The notes beneath the pieces were generated by a model. The model ran no database searches. It was not told where the DNA came from and saw nothing but the letters and a program-made list of their open reading frames with translations. Of a DNA stretch of 38,678 nt, positions 26,483-36,480 are shown piece by piece (position 1 is the stretch's first letter; each line of letters opens with the position of its first letter). Position numbers and translations under genes: made by a program. The DNA lies in sequence record SRR2962707_5528, one strand, 5' to 3'.

Positions 26483-26842
26483 ATGGCACGCGTAGGCGGG
26501 CAGATTTTCGTAAAGGTCGGTGGCCGACAGGTCGCGGCCAAGGGCAACTGGACGTACAACATCGGCAACCCGAAGAACGAGATGGTTGCCGGGTCCGATG
26601 GCGTGCATGGCCATACTTCCATGCCGCAGCCGTCCAAGTTCGAGGGCACCGTCACCGACACCGCCCAGGAAGACGTCGATGCGCTCACGCAGATCGACGG
26701 CGAGACCATCACGCTCGAACTCGCGAACGGCAAGACCTTCGTGATGCGCGAGGCGGTGTTCACGGCCGACGGCGACAACACCACGGAACAGGGCGAGGTG
26801 CCGGTCACCTTCCAGAGCCCGCATAAGCTGGAGAAGGTCTGA
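26483..26842 (+). CDS. Tail tube protein (Mu gpM-like)
   Basis: GSDGVHG...TITLELANGK; follows sheath. Confidence 0.9.
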   Translation: MARVGGQIFVKVGGRQVAAKGNWTYNIGNPKNEMVAGSDGVHGHTSMPQPSKFEGTVTDTAQEDVDALTQIDGETITLELANGKTFVMREAVFTADGDNTTEQGEVPVTFQSPHKLEKV

Positions 26843-27123
26843 TGGCCGGAGAGGTTGCCATCAAGCTCTCCCATCCGATCGAGGCGCACGGTGAACAGGT
26901 CAGCGAGCTGACCCTACGCCGTCCGCGCCTGAAGGATCTGAAGGGCATCAACATGGAGAACATCACCGGCGATCTGATGATCGAGCTGGTTGCACGCCTG
27001 GCGGAGATTCCGCCGAGTGCTGCGGGCGAGATTGACGCCGGTGATTTCGACGCCATCGGGGAGGCATTTGAGGTTTTTTTCCCAAAGCGACCGGCGGCGG
27101 ACGTGGGTGGGAAATCAAACTAG
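26842..27123 (+). CDS. Tail assembly chaperone (gp41-like)
   Basis: IKLSHPI...LTLRRPRLKDL. Confidence 0.85.
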   Translation: MAGEVAIKLSHPIEAHGEQVSELTLRRPRLKDLKGINMENITGDLMIELVARLAEIPPSAAGEIDAGDFDAIGEAFEVFFPKRPAADVGGKSN

Positions 27124-27239
27124 CCGAAGTCGCTTTCGGATACGGGTTCAGCCTCACCGATCTCTGGAACCTGACGCTCGACGATCTCGATTTCTGGCAC
27201 ACGCAACTGAGGGCAATTCATGACCGAGTTAAAGGCTAG
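27075..27239 (+). other. -1 programmed frameshift site and extended chaperone frame
   Basis: T TTT TTC heptamer (27075-27081); -1 frame open to TAG at 27237-27239 with FSLTDLWNLTLDDLDFW. Confidence 0.8.
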
Positions 27240-28941
27240 CATTCTTCTTCAGGCCATCGACCGGATGACGGGCCCCATGCGCGGGGCCGTCTCCAGTTTC
27301 AAGCGCGCGACGAACGAGATGACCGAGGCCGGCAAGCGTGCGGCTAAGAGCATGGAGGGGATCAGGAACGCATCAAACAGCATGCGCCAGGCGGGCCAGT
27401 CGATGGCGCTGCGCGTGACGGCCCCGATCGTTGCGTTCGGCGGATTGACGTTGCGATCGGCCGCGAACTTCGAAGCTGCCATGAACAAGGTCAGCGTCCT
27501 CACGAACTCTACCGGTGAGGATCTACAACGGCTGGAAGCGCAGGCACGCGAGCTCGGGCGCACGACGCAGTTCTCGGCGTCGCAGGCGGCCGACGCGATG
27601 GGCTTCCTCGCGATGGCCGGTTTCAGCACAGAGAAGATCATCGGCTCCATGCCGGGCACCTTGCAGCTCGCCGCCGCCGCAAACATGGATCTCGCCCGCG
27701 CTGCGGACATCGTCTCCAATGTGATGACCGGTTATGGCTTCGAGGCGGACCAGATCAATCGGATCAACGACGTGCTTGTGAAATCTTTCACCAGCGCCAA
27801 CACGGACCTCGGTCAATTTGCCGAGGCGATGAAGATTGCCGGCCCGGTTGCCAAAGGTATGAACCTGCAATTCGAGGAAGCAGCAGCCGTTATCGGCGTC
27901 ATGGGTAATGCCGGTTTTCAGGCGTCTCTGGCGGGCACTGCCCTTCGCGGCACGCTGTCTCGTTTAGCCAACCCGGCCAAGGACGCGCAGCGGGCGCTTG
28001 GACGCCTCGGTATCAAGAAGGCCGACATCTTCGAGGCGGGCGGTCAGCTTAAGTCGCTTACCGAGATTATCCGGGTGCTTGAAAAAAGCGGCGCCGGCGC
28101 GTCGGACCTTCTTGAGATTTTCGGCGAGCGGGCTGGGCCGGCCATGACCGCCGTCCTCTCACAAGGTTCCGCAGCGGTAGCGGATCTCACTGCCAAACTA
28201 CAGGAAGCCGGCGGCACCGCAGGCCGGGTAGCCGAAGCACAGATGAAGGGCGCCGCGGGTGAAGTCCGGAAGCTTGCCTCGGCGTTCGAAGGCCTGCAGC
28301 TGGCGATCGCCGACAGCGGGCTCCTGCAGTGGTTTACACAAATCGTTCAACGCATGACCTCGTGGGTGCAGAGTCTCTCCGAGTCCTCTCAGACGGCTCT
28401 TAAATGGGGCACCATCATCGCCGGCGTCGCGGCCGCAATCGCACCGTTGGTCATCGCCATCGGCTCGCTCGGTTTCGCGTTGAACGGGCTGATCATCGGC
28501 GGCGCCGCCATCAAGGCGTTCTCGGTCGCCCTTATGGCGACGCCCCTCGGATGGTTCATGGCGGCGATTGCCGCCATCGCGGGCGCGGCGTATCTGATCT
28601 ATGACAATTGGGAGCCGATCAGCGCGTTTTTCTCAAACCTCTGGGACGGCGTCGTTTCCAAGTTCACGAGCGCATTCGAGACGATCCGGAGCGGCCTGGG
28701 TGCCGTTACCGGAATGATACCGGATGGCTTCAGGAGCTTCTTCGGCCTCGGCGATCAGGCACCGGCTGCCGCTGCACCTTCTGCCTTTCCAAATGGACCG
28801 GGCGGCAGCCGCAGTACGGTCGGTGGCGAGATCAATATCCGGATCGACAGCGAGGGTCGCCCGCGCGTGCGCGAGCTGAAATCGAATAACAAGGACGTCG
28901 GCTTGACGGTCGACACCGGTCTCGTGATGGAGGGCGGTTAA
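27220..28941 (+). CDS. Tail tape measure protein
   Basis: ARELGRTTQFSASQAA, AGTALR, LIYDNWEPI. Confidence 0.95.
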   Translation: MTELKASILLQAIDRMTGPMRGAVSSFKRATNEMTEAGKRAAKSMEGIRNASNSMRQAGQSMALRVTAPIVAFGGLTLRSAANFEAAMNKVSVLTNSTGEDLQRLEAQARELGRTTQFSASQAADAMGFLAMAGFSTEKIIGSMPGTLQLAAAANMDLARAADIVSNVMTGYGFEADQINRINDVLVKSFTSANTDLGQFAEAMKIAGPVAKGMNLQFEEAAAVIGVMGNAGFQASLAGTALRGTLSRLANPAKDAQRALGRLGIKKADIFEAGGQLKSLTEIIRVLEKSGAGASDLLEIFGERAGPAMTAVLSQGSAAVADLTAKLQEAGGTAGRVAEAQMKGAAGEVRKLASAFEGLQLAIADSGLLQWFTQIVQRMTSWVQSLSESSQTALKWGTIIAGVAAAIAPLVIAIGSLGFALNGLIIGGAAIKAFSVALMATPLGWFMAAIAAIAGAAYLIYDNWEPISAFFSNLWDGVVSKFTSAFETIRSGLGAVTGMIPDGFRSFFGLGDQAPAAAAPSAFPNGPGGSRSTVGGEINIRIDSEGRPRVRELKSNNKDVGLTVDTGLVMEGG

Positions 28942-29321
28942 TGCAGATGCGTGCTGCCGAGTACCATCAGATCCTTGGACTTGCCGAGCGGCGCATCGTT
29001 CAACCGTTTGCAGAGATCCTTGCCGCCCTCAAGAACGTAGCCTTGGCGTGCATGTTTGTTCAGGACGGCGATCTCCGTGACGCCGTTAAGAATGTCCGGT
29101 CGCGAGATCTGCCCCATGCAGACGCCGGAGGTGATCACGCTGAGATAAATACGATCTGTAATCCGGTTCTGCGGCAGGATGATCTCGGCGCGCTTTCCGG
29201 CAACGCGGGCGTCGATCGGCCCCCACATCTCGACGGCCTTCATGAGCCCGTCGCGTGTTTCGGCGCCGGCAGCAGAAGCTGCAAGGCAAATCAGAACGGC
29301 AAACGTGAAGCGTTTCAACAT
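28938..29321 (-). CDS. Secreted hypothetical protein (moron)
   Basis: Signal peptide MLKRFTFAVLICLAASAAGA; GAGGAG RBS; opposite strand within tail operon. Confidence 0.75.
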   Translation of the reverse strand: MLKRFTFAVLICLAASAAGAETRDGLMKAVEMWGPIDARVAGKRAEIILPQNRITDRIYLSVITSGVCMGQISRPDILNGVTEIAVLNKHARQGYVLEGGKDLCKRLNDAPLGKSKDLMVLGSTHLH

Positions 29322-29345
29322 GGTGCTCTCCTCGTCATCACCGGG

Positions 29346-29373
29346 AGCATAGCACCATGAGCTGGCGGGACAA
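29346..29373 (-). promoter_or_regulatory. Putative sigma70 promoter of the moron
   Basis: TTGTCC-N16-TATGCT on the minus strand. Confidence 0.55.
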
Positions 29374-30541
29374 CCTTCGCAAAGCGTCGTTCCGGGGCGT
29401 TGAGTTCCACTACGAGGATCTCGGCCGCGATTTCGGCCGGCGCGTCAAGCGGCACGAGTACCCCGGCCGTGACGAGCCGTACCACGAGGATCTCGGTGCG
29501 GACACCGATGCGATCCGGATCAACGCGTACGTCCTTGAGCCGGATCACATGGCCAAGGCCGACAGCCTGCGCGATGCCCTGTTGAAGAAAGGCACCGGCA
29601 CGCTTGTCCATCCGTACTACGGCGAGATCACGGTCGTATTCCTGTCCGCGAATGAACAGATCACGACCCGGGAAGGCGGCATGATCCGCTTCAACCTGCG
29701 GTTCGAACGTGCCGGGCCCAACCGGAACCCGTCGTCTCGCGTAGACACAAGCTCGCTGGTCAGCACACGTGCGGCGGAGATCGACACGGCCGCGATCTCG
29801 AACTTCTCCACATCGTTTAGCGTCGATGACGCGCCGGGCTGGATCGCCGACAGCGCAGAAGAGGATCTTGGCGCCGTCCTGGACGCGACCGACCTGACGC
29901 TCGGCGATGCGGTCAACGCCGCCGGCGACGCCGCGGAGCTCGCATTCGCCATTTCCGACATCCGGAACAACGCCGCGGCGCTGGTTCGAGATCCGGTGAC
30001 CCTCGCCACCAGGCTGTCGGATACGATCGGCGGCATGTCCGGCGTCACGCCGATGCTGAAGCTGGCGTCGGACGGCTTCGGCCTCGCCACCGTCGCAGCG
30101 ACGACGCCGACGCGGCTCCTGCAGAAGAACAACCGTCAGGCGCTGGTCGACCTGGTTGGCGGCGTCTCGCTTTCCGGCGCCGTGCGCAGCCTGCCGGGCA
30201 CAACGTTCGAGACGACGTCCGAGGCCTACACCGCGCGCGACGCGATCGCGGCCGAGGTCGACCGACAGTCACTCACCGCACCCTACAGCCTGGCGCGTAC
30301 TTATTCCGCTGGCCTTGCCGCCGTTACGCGCCATGTGTCGGCCACGGCGCCGGCGCTACCGCGCCTGATCCGCGTGACGCCCAACATGACGCGGCCGTCG
30401 ATCGTGCACGCCTATGACCTCTACGGCGACGACATCGAGGGCGTGATTACCCGCGCCGGACAGATCACCAGCCGCAACCGTTTGCGCCATCCGGGCTTCG
30501 TGCCGGCAGGCGACGTGATGGAGGTGCTCGGCAATGTCTGA
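29357..30541 (+). CDS. DNA circularization protein (Mu gpN-like)
   Basis: WRDNLRKASFRGVEF, HEYPGRD, GTLVHP, RHPGFVP. Confidence 0.95.
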   Translation: MSWRDNLRKASFRGVEFHYEDLGRDFGRRVKRHEYPGRDEPYHEDLGADTDAIRINAYVLEPDHMAKADSLRDALLKKGTGTLVHPYYGEITVVFLSANEQITTREGGMIRFNLRFERAGPNRNPSSRVDTSSLVSTRAAEIDTAAISNFSTSFSVDDAPGWIADSAEEDLGAVLDATDLTLGDAVNAAGDAAELAFAISDIRNNAAALVRDPVTLATRLSDTIGGMSGVTPMLKLASDGFGLATVAATTPTRLLQKNNRQALVDLVGGVSLSGAVRSLPGTTFETTSEAYTARDAIAAEVDRQSLTAPYSLARTYSAGLAAVTRHVSATAPALPRLIRVTPNMTRPSIVHAYDLYGDDIEGVITRAGQITSRNRLRHPGFVPAGDVMEVLGNV

Positions 30542-31601
30542 CGCGCTCCCGGAACTCCATATCGGCGGCAAGATTTACAGCGGCTGGACCGGTGTATCCG
30601 TCACTCGCGATATCGAGCGTATGGCCGGCGCCTTCGACCTGCAGCTGACGGACAAATGGCCGGGCATCGAGAGCGCGCGTGCCGTCCGCCCCGGCGAAGC
30701 CTGCCGCCTGGTCGAAGGTGGAGACACGCTCGTGACGGGCTGGCTCGACGACGTGGATCTCGATCTCGGCTCGGCCGATCACACGATCTCCGCAGTCGGC
30801 CGCGACAAGACCGGCGACCTGGTCGACTGCGCCGCGATCCACGCCGGCGGCGAATGGACCGATCAGCCGCTCAACAGCATCGCCGAAGACATCTGCCGTC
30901 CGTTCGGTATTGAAGTCGTGGCTGCCGTGAGTGAAGCGCGCCAGACCGTTCGACGCTTCAAGCTGGAGGAGAGCGAGACCGCCTTCGCTGCGATCGAGCG
31001 GCTCTGCCGTATCAAGGGCGTCCTGCCGACATCGACGATAGCGGGCGGTCTGTTCCTCACCACGGCTCAGAACACGTCCGCTACGGGCGCCACGCTGCGC
31101 CAGGGCGACGGCGGCAACGTAAAGGCCGTCAAGGCGCGCTTCAGCGGCTCTCAACGCTTCAGCACGTACACCGTCAAGGGACAGGACGGCGGCTTCGAAT
31201 TCAGCGACGGCGAGGAGGCCGCTGGCCCGAAAGGCGAGGCCTCGGATAGTGGCATCAGCCGATACCGGCCGACGATCATCCTCGCGGAAGACTCGGTCGA
31301 CGCCGGCGCCTGCGAGCGCCGCGCCAAGTGGGAGGCATCCGTCCGCCGCGGCCGCGCGCGCCGTGCAACCGTCACCGTGCAGGGCTGGCGCCACCGTTCG
31401 GATCTGTGGCGGCCGTTGACTCTGGTCGATTGCGACATACCAAAGCTCAACCTCGCCGGCCGGATGTTGATTTCGGCCGTCACGTACAGCCTCAGTGAAC
31501 AGGACGGCACGACGGCGGAGCTGACGCTCGCCGATCCTGAAGCCTTCACCGGCCTTGCCATTGGCGAGAGCGACGACAGCGATTGGGGATGGGGCTCATG
31601 A
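30534..31601 (+). CDS. Baseplate hub (Mu gpP/gp44-like)
   Basis: YSGWTGVSV, GRDKTGDLVDC, RFSTYTVKGQ. Confidence 0.9.
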   Translation: MSDALPELHIGGKIYSGWTGVSVTRDIERMAGAFDLQLTDKWPGIESARAVRPGEACRLVEGGDTLVTGWLDDVDLDLGSADHTISAVGRDKTGDLVDCAAIHAGGEWTDQPLNSIAEDICRPFGIEVVAAVSEARQTVRRFKLEESETAFAAIERLCRIKGVLPTSTIAGGLFLTTAQNTSATGATLRQGDGGNVKAVKARFSGSQRFSTYTVKGQDGGFEFSDGEEAAGPKGEASDSGISRYRPTIILAEDSVDAGACERRAKWEASVRRGRARRATVTVQGWRHRSDLWRPLTLVDCDIPKLNLAGRMLISAVTYSLSEQDGTTAELTLADPEAFTGLAIGESDDSDWGWGS

Positions 31602-32179
31602 AGGCGCTGCTTGAGAAGCTCCAGAGAGGTATCCGTCTCATGGTTGGCCGCGCGGTCATTGCTGCCGTCGACGATGACACCGGCCTGCAGCGGCTGCAGC
31701 TGAAGGCGCTGGCGGACGAAGTCATGGATCTCCGCGAGCGGTTTCAGGAGTACGGCTTCAGCTCGCATCCTCATTCGGGTGCCGAGGCCGTGTTTGTGTC
31801 TCTCGGCGGCAACCGCACCAATACCGTCATCGTCGCGGTCGACGATCGCCGCTACCGGCTCAAGAGCCTGGCGGAGGGCGAGGTCGCGCTCTACGACGAT
31901 CAGGCACAGGTCGTGCACATCAAGCGCAATGGACTTTACCTCGCAGGGTCGAACATCCTGCTGGAGACGGACGGCGTATGCCGCATCGATGCAGACCGGC
32001 TTGAGCTGCACGGCCGCACCACGATCCAGCGCGACGTTCACGGCAAGGGCGACGAGGAAACCTGGAGCGGCGGCACGGCCTGGCACACGGAAACCTATCT
32101 GACGGGTGCGACGGATACCTCGAACGCGAACGCGATCTCGCCGCCGGCGCTCGACAGCAACCATCCGGAGGCGTCATGA
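31598..32179 (+). CDS. Baseplate spike (Mu gp45-like)
   Basis: ERFQEYGFSSHP, DRRYRL..LAEGEVALYD. Confidence 0.9.
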   Translation: MKALLEKLQRGIRLMVGRAVIAAVDDDTGLQRLQLKALADEVMDLRERFQEYGFSSHPHSGAEAVFVSLGGNRTNTVIVAVDDRRYRLKSLAEGEVALYDDQAQVVHIKRNGLYLAGSNILLETDGVCRIDADRLELHGRTTIQRDVHGKGDEETWSGGTAWHTETYLTGATDTSNANAISPPALDSNHPEAS

Positions 32180-32661
32180 CCGACATCAAGGCCGTATTCA
32201 TCGGCGAGCAGATGGTCTCCGACTTCGCCCTCGACGCCGGCGCACTGCAGACCGAATACGGGATGGAGACGGCGATCGTTATTTCGCTGTTTACCGATCG
32301 CCGCGCCGAGCCGGATGACGTGCTGCCGGCAGAAGCCACCGACCGCCGCGGCTGGTGGGGCGACGTCGCGCCGCCGATCGTCAACGGCCGTCCGGCCGAC
32401 GGCGCACGGATCGGCTCCCGTCTCTGGCTTCTCTCTAGGGAAAAGCAGGTGCAGAGCGTGGTCGACCGCGCCCGAGAATATTGTGTCGAGGCCCTCGCCT
32501 GGATGATCGAGGACGGTGTCTGCGAGCGCATCGATGTCGAGACGGCCGTCGTACGGACGGGCGTACTCGGGATCGGTATCCAGATCCACCGGCCGGACAG
32601 CAGCGTCATCAGCTTCCAATACGATTACGCCTGGCAGGGTCAGGAAAGGAGTGCCGCCTGA
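32176..32661 (+). CDS. Baseplate protein (Mu gp46-like)
   Basis: ISLFTDRRA, RGWWGD, GSRLWLLSREK. Confidence 0.95.
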   Translation: MTDIKAVFIGEQMVSDFALDAGALQTEYGMETAIVISLFTDRRAEPDDVLPAEATDRRGWWGDVAPPIVNGRPADGARIGSRLWLLSREKQVQSVVDRAREYCVEALAWMIEDGVCERIDVETAVVRTGVLGIGIQIHRPDSSVISFQYDYAWQGQERSAA

Positions 32662-33719
32662 TGCCATATAACATTCCGACCCTCACCGACCTGATCGACG
32701 CCACCGAGACCGATATCGAAGCGCGGCTGCCGGACGCCGATGCGCGTCTCCGGACGTCGAACCTGAACGTACTCGCTCGCGTGCTCGCCGGCGGCGAGAG
32801 CGGCATGTACGACTTCATCAACTGGGTGTCGAAACAGATCCTTATCGACACGGCCGAGGCGGAGATCCTCGATCGCCAAGCGTCGATCTGGGGCATCACG
32901 CGGACGCCGGCGGCCTTCGCTCAGGGAAACGTCACGATCTCCGGCACCAACGGCACGGTGATACCCGCCGGCACCCGGTTGCGCCGATCGGACGAGGTGA
33001 CGTACTCAACAGACGCCGAGGCAACGATCGCGTCCGGTACCGCCACCGTTGCCGTCACCGCCGAGGTCGCGGCCTCGGCCGGCAATGCGTCAGCCGCGGC
33101 CGCCGTCAGCCTGGTCTCGCCAATCGCCGGCATCACGACACAGGCAGTGGTTGCCGCCGGCGGACTGACGGGTGGCGCCGACGCTGAAACGGACGCCGCG
33201 CTCCGCACGCGTGGCCTCGACCGTATCCAGCAACCGCCGCATGGCGGCGCCAGCTTCGACTACGTGAAATGGGCGCTCGCATTCCCCGGCGTGACGCGGG
33301 CGTGGGTGTATGGGCAGGAGCTGGGGATCGGCACCGTCACCGTCCGTTTCATGATGGACGACACGTACGCTGACGGTATTCCGCAGGCAGCCGACGTCAC
33401 GGCCCTTCAGGCATATCTCGATGCACTCCGGCCGGTGACGGCGGACCTGACCGTCGTCGCCCCGGTCGCCGTGCCGCTCAACATCACCACGCTGAGCATC
33501 ACGCCGTCGACCACCGCCGTGCAGGACGCCATCGAGGCCGAGGTCGCGGATCTGATCCTTCGTGAGGCCGAGCCCGGCGCCACGATCCTGATCTCCCACC
33601 TGCGTGAGGCGATTTCGATCGCTGCCGGTGAGACGGACCACGCGCTGACCAACCCGAACGCCGACATCACGCATTCGACGGGCGAAATCGCCACTGTCGG
33701 CACGTTCCCGTGGAGCTGA
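32661..33719 (+). CDS. Baseplate wedge J-like (Mu gp47)
   Basis: GGADAETD, PPHGG..DYVKWA, GVTRAW, RPVTA. Confidence 0.95.
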   Translation: MPYNIPTLTDLIDATETDIEARLPDADARLRTSNLNVLARVLAGGESGMYDFINWVSKQILIDTAEAEILDRQASIWGITRTPAAFAQGNVTISGTNGTVIPAGTRLRRSDEVTYSTDAEATIASGTATVAVTAEVAASAGNASAAAAVSLVSPIAGITTQAVVAAGGLTGGADAETDAALRTRGLDRIQQPPHGGASFDYVKWALAFPGVTRAWVYGQELGIGTVTVRFMMDDTYADGIPQAADVTALQAYLDALRPVTADLTVVAPVAVPLNITTLSITPSTTAVQDAIEAEVADLILREAEPGATILISHLREAISIAAGETDHALTNPNADITHSTGEIATVGTFPWS

Positions 33720-34306
33720 CGATGCAGGCGGACACGAAACAGTACCTCCATCTTCTTCAGCAGCTGCTGCCGCCCGGCGCCGCCTGGCCGCGGGAACCGG
33801 ATGCGGTTCTGACGAAGCTCCTGAAGGCTTTCGCGGACGGTCTCGCAAGGGCGCACAACCGTGCCGCCGGCCTGATCGACGAGAGCGACCCGCGGACAGC
33901 CGTTGAAATGCTGCCGGACTTCGAGCGCGTCGTCGGGCCAGATACCTGCGTCGTCGGCGGTTTGACGACACTCGCCGAGCGGCAGGCATACGTTCACGCC
34001 AAATGGATCAGCCGCGGCGGACAGTCGCGGGCTTTTTTCACAGAGCTCGCGGCCGCGCTCGGCTACGAGATCACCATCACCGAGTACCGGCCATTCACGT
34101 GCGAGAGCGAATGCGAAGATCCACTCTGTGACGAGGAATGGCGCTTCGCCTGGACCGTCAACGCGCCCGAGACGACGATCCGCGAGTTCACCTGCAACTC
34201 GGGCTGCAACGAACCGCTGCGCACGTGGGGCAACGAGCTCCTTGAGTGCGCGATCGCCCGCGCCAAGCCGGCGCACACAACCTGCCACTTCGCCTACGGA
34301 GAATAA
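33710..34306 (+). CDS. Baseplate protein (Mu gp48/YmfQ-like)
   Basis: LLPPGAAW, GGQS, LECAIARAKPAHT; ATG alternative at 33722. Confidence 0.9.
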   Translation: MELTMQADTKQYLHLLQQLLPPGAAWPREPDAVLTKLLKAFADGLARAHNRAAGLIDESDPRTAVEMLPDFERVVGPDTCVVGGLTTLAERQAYVHAKWISRGGQSRAFFTELAAALGYEITITEYRPFTCESECEDPLCDEEWRFAWTVNAPETTIREFTCNSGCNEPLRTWGNELLECAIARAKPAHTTCHFAYGE

Positions 34307-34308
34307 CG

Positions 34309-34926
34309 ATGCATAGAGTAGATACCTCGACCGCCGTCGCCTCGCTGCCGACACCGGCCGCTGCCGGCACGCCCGGCTTCTTCACCGCCGGCGACCCGCA
34401 GGCGCCGACGCCGGCGACGATCCCCGGCGCTGACTGGTTCAACATGATCCAGGAAGAGCTCTATTATCTGGTCACGCAGGCGGGCGTCACACCAGACCCG
34501 TCTAAGGTGGACTTCACACAGGTTCACGAGGCGATCGCTGCAATGATCGCGGCCGCGGTGGGCCAACCTTATGACGTGCCGTTCTACGCCGGGTTCGGTA
34601 GTGATGGCACCGGCAAGGATCTCGTCGTGCAGGCTTACGGCCGCGTGACACTCGGCCGGGACGTGACGATTACCGGGTTTGTCGCGGATCTCGTAACGGC
34701 CGCCACGGGCGCGGCGCTGATCATCGACATCGAGCGCAACGGCACCTCCATCTTTACCGCGGCGCCCCAGTTTGCCGCCGGGTCGACGACGCTGACGGCC
34801 GGCACGCTCGACGGAGCCGAGGTCGACTGCGACGCCGGTGACATCCTGGAGTTCAAGGTCACGCAGATAGGCTCGACCATCGCCGGACAGCGGCTTACAG
34901 GCACGCTCGTGATGGGGACGCGCTGA
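34309..34926 (+). CDS. Short tail fibre / fibre-attachment protein
   Basis: MHRVD...GFFTAGDP...ADWFNMIQEEL Mu gpS-like N-terminus. Confidence 0.8.
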   Translation: MHRVDTSTAVASLPTPAAAGTPGFFTAGDPQAPTPATIPGADWFNMIQEELYYLVTQAGVTPDPSKVDFTQVHEAIAAMIAAAVGQPYDVPFYAGFGSDGTGKDLVVQAYGRVTLGRDVTITGFVADLVTAATGAALIIDIERNGTSIFTAAPQFAAGSTTLTAGTLDGAEVDCDAGDILEFKVTQIGSTIAGQRLTGTLVMGTR

Positions 34927-35534
34927 TGACCGGCGGACCCGACAATACGTCATGGGGTCATCGTGACGACTTGATCCCGACGACATGGAACCCGGCCGAC
35001 AAGGCGGCGGAGGTGACCCTGTCGAATGGCAATCTCACCGTATCCTGCTCGACGGGAGACAAGGGTGCGCGCGGGATATATGGCATCGACCTTGACGCTG
35101 GCGAAAGTGCCTACGTGGAGTTCAACATCGATGTGGTCGGTGCGACGATGTTCGGTGTCGGCAAGTCGACGGCACCTGTCAGCGGCACCAATCCGCAGGG
35201 ACATGCAGACAGCTGGGTGTACAGTGCCGCTTCAGGGTTCTGGGAGAACACCGGCGCTGGCACGGACTCCGGCGTTACTTTCGCGGTCGACGACATCATG
35301 ATGATGGCGGTCAAGGGTACGAAGCTCTGGTGGGGCAAGAACGGCACCTGGGCGTTGTCCGGAGATCCGGAAGGCGATGCTAATCCCGCATTCTCAAACC
35401 TGTCGGGCGTCATGTTTCCGATGTTCATCTGCCCGAGCGGCACGCTCTCGACCGGCACTGCGAATTTCGGCCAATCCGCCTTTTCCTACACCGTTCCTGA
35501 CGGCTTCACGGCCGGCTGGGGCGAGCCCACCTGA
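34926..35534 (+). CDS. SPRY/B30.2-like domain tail protein
   Basis: TWNPADK...TLSNGNLT, KLWWGKNG, NFGQSAFSYTVPDGF. Confidence 0.75.
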   Translation: MTGGPDNTSWGHRDDLIPTTWNPADKAAEVTLSNGNLTVSCSTGDKGARGIYGIDLDAGESAYVEFNIDVVGATMFGVGKSTAPVSGTNPQGHADSWVYSAASGFWENTGAGTDSGVTFAVDDIMMMAVKGTKLWWGKNGTWALSGDPEGDANPAFSNLSGVMFPMFICPSGTLSTGTANFGQSAFSYTVPDGFTAGWGEPT

Positions 35535-35545
35535 GGAGACAAGTC

Positions 35546-36169
35546 ATGAGCCTTTATATCGACATCAACGACCAGAACGCCGTACCGGTACCGAAACCGG
35601 CCCGTGTCGAGCTGCTCGATCAGCCGGGCACCATTGTCGGCTGCAGCCACTGGAGCGATCAGGATCTCGCCGATCTCGCGGGATACCTCGTCGTGACCGG
35701 TTTCGATCCGCGTCTGCACGTCGCCGAGGGCGGCGCTACCGACAACCAGGACGGCACCGCAACACCGAACAAGACGGATCGGGATCTCGCCACGGTGCAG
35801 GCGGAGATCGCCGCAACGATCGACCGCGCGGCCGAGGCGGCACGCCTTCAGTACATCACCGCCGGTGCCGGCCAGGCGCTGGCGTACCGTCGCAAGGATG
35901 ATCAGGCGCGTGACTGCCTGGCCAACTACGACGAGCAGTCGCCGCCAACCACGGGGATGTTCCCGGCGCTCGATGCGGAGGTGAATATCACGGCCGCGAG
36001 CATTCTCGGCGTCGCGGCCGTCGTGGTCGCCACCGCCGACGCCTGGGCGGCGGTCGCCGACACCATCGAGGCCACGCGCCTTGGCGCCAAAAAGGACGTC
36101 ACGGACGCGGCCGACGTCGCCGCGGCTTACGCCGTACTCGACGCCATCACCTGGCCGGCGCCGGCGTAA
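35546..36169 (+). CDS. Tail-fibre-associated hypothetical protein
   Basis: IDRAAEAARLQYIT..GQALAY..K...IEATRL..K...ITWP; position after fibre genes. Confidence 0.7.
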   Translation: MSLYIDINDQNAVPVPKPARVELLDQPGTIVGCSHWSDQDLADLAGYLVVTGFDPRLHVAEGGATDNQDGTATPNKTDRDLATVQAEIAATIDRAAEAARLQYITAGAGQALAYRRKDDQARDCLANYDEQSPPTTGMFPALDAEVNITAASILGVAAVVVATADAWAAVADTIEATRLGAKKDVTDAADVAAAYAVLDAITWPAPA

Positions 36170-36171
36170 GG

Positions 36172-36480
36172 GTGAGCGGCCGCAAGAAATGCACGACTTC
36201 GGTATGCGGGCGCACGTTCAGGGACGACGGAGCGGGATGTATTGTCATCTGCGGCCGTTGCATGAAGTGCGTCGACGCCGAGATCCGCGGGGAGTGGAAG
36301 CGGCGCCGTGCAGCGCATACGGCTTTCCTGCGACGCTGCCGCGCCAAGACGAAACCCTCACCGTACGTCCTGCCGATGGCCAACCGTCGCGCCGAGCTGG
36401 CACTGCGGCTCGACGCCAACGCCGGATTTCGGATGGCCGTGCAGGACGCCCGGATCAAGCGGGCAATGGAGATGGTTTAA
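36172..36480 (+). CDS. Basic hypothetical protein with Cys cluster
   Basis: CTTSVC...ICGRC; GTG start. Confidence 0.5.
   Translation: MSGRKKCTTSVCGRTFRDDGAGCIVICGRCMKCVDAEIRGEWKRRRAAHTAFLRRCRAKTKPSPYVLPMANRRAELALRLDANAGFRMAVQDARIKRAMEMV

Noticed and set aside
26990-27223. 77-aa ORF as second tail chaperone
   Set aside because: Wrong frame; the chaperone-like motif is in the -1 frame ending at 27239
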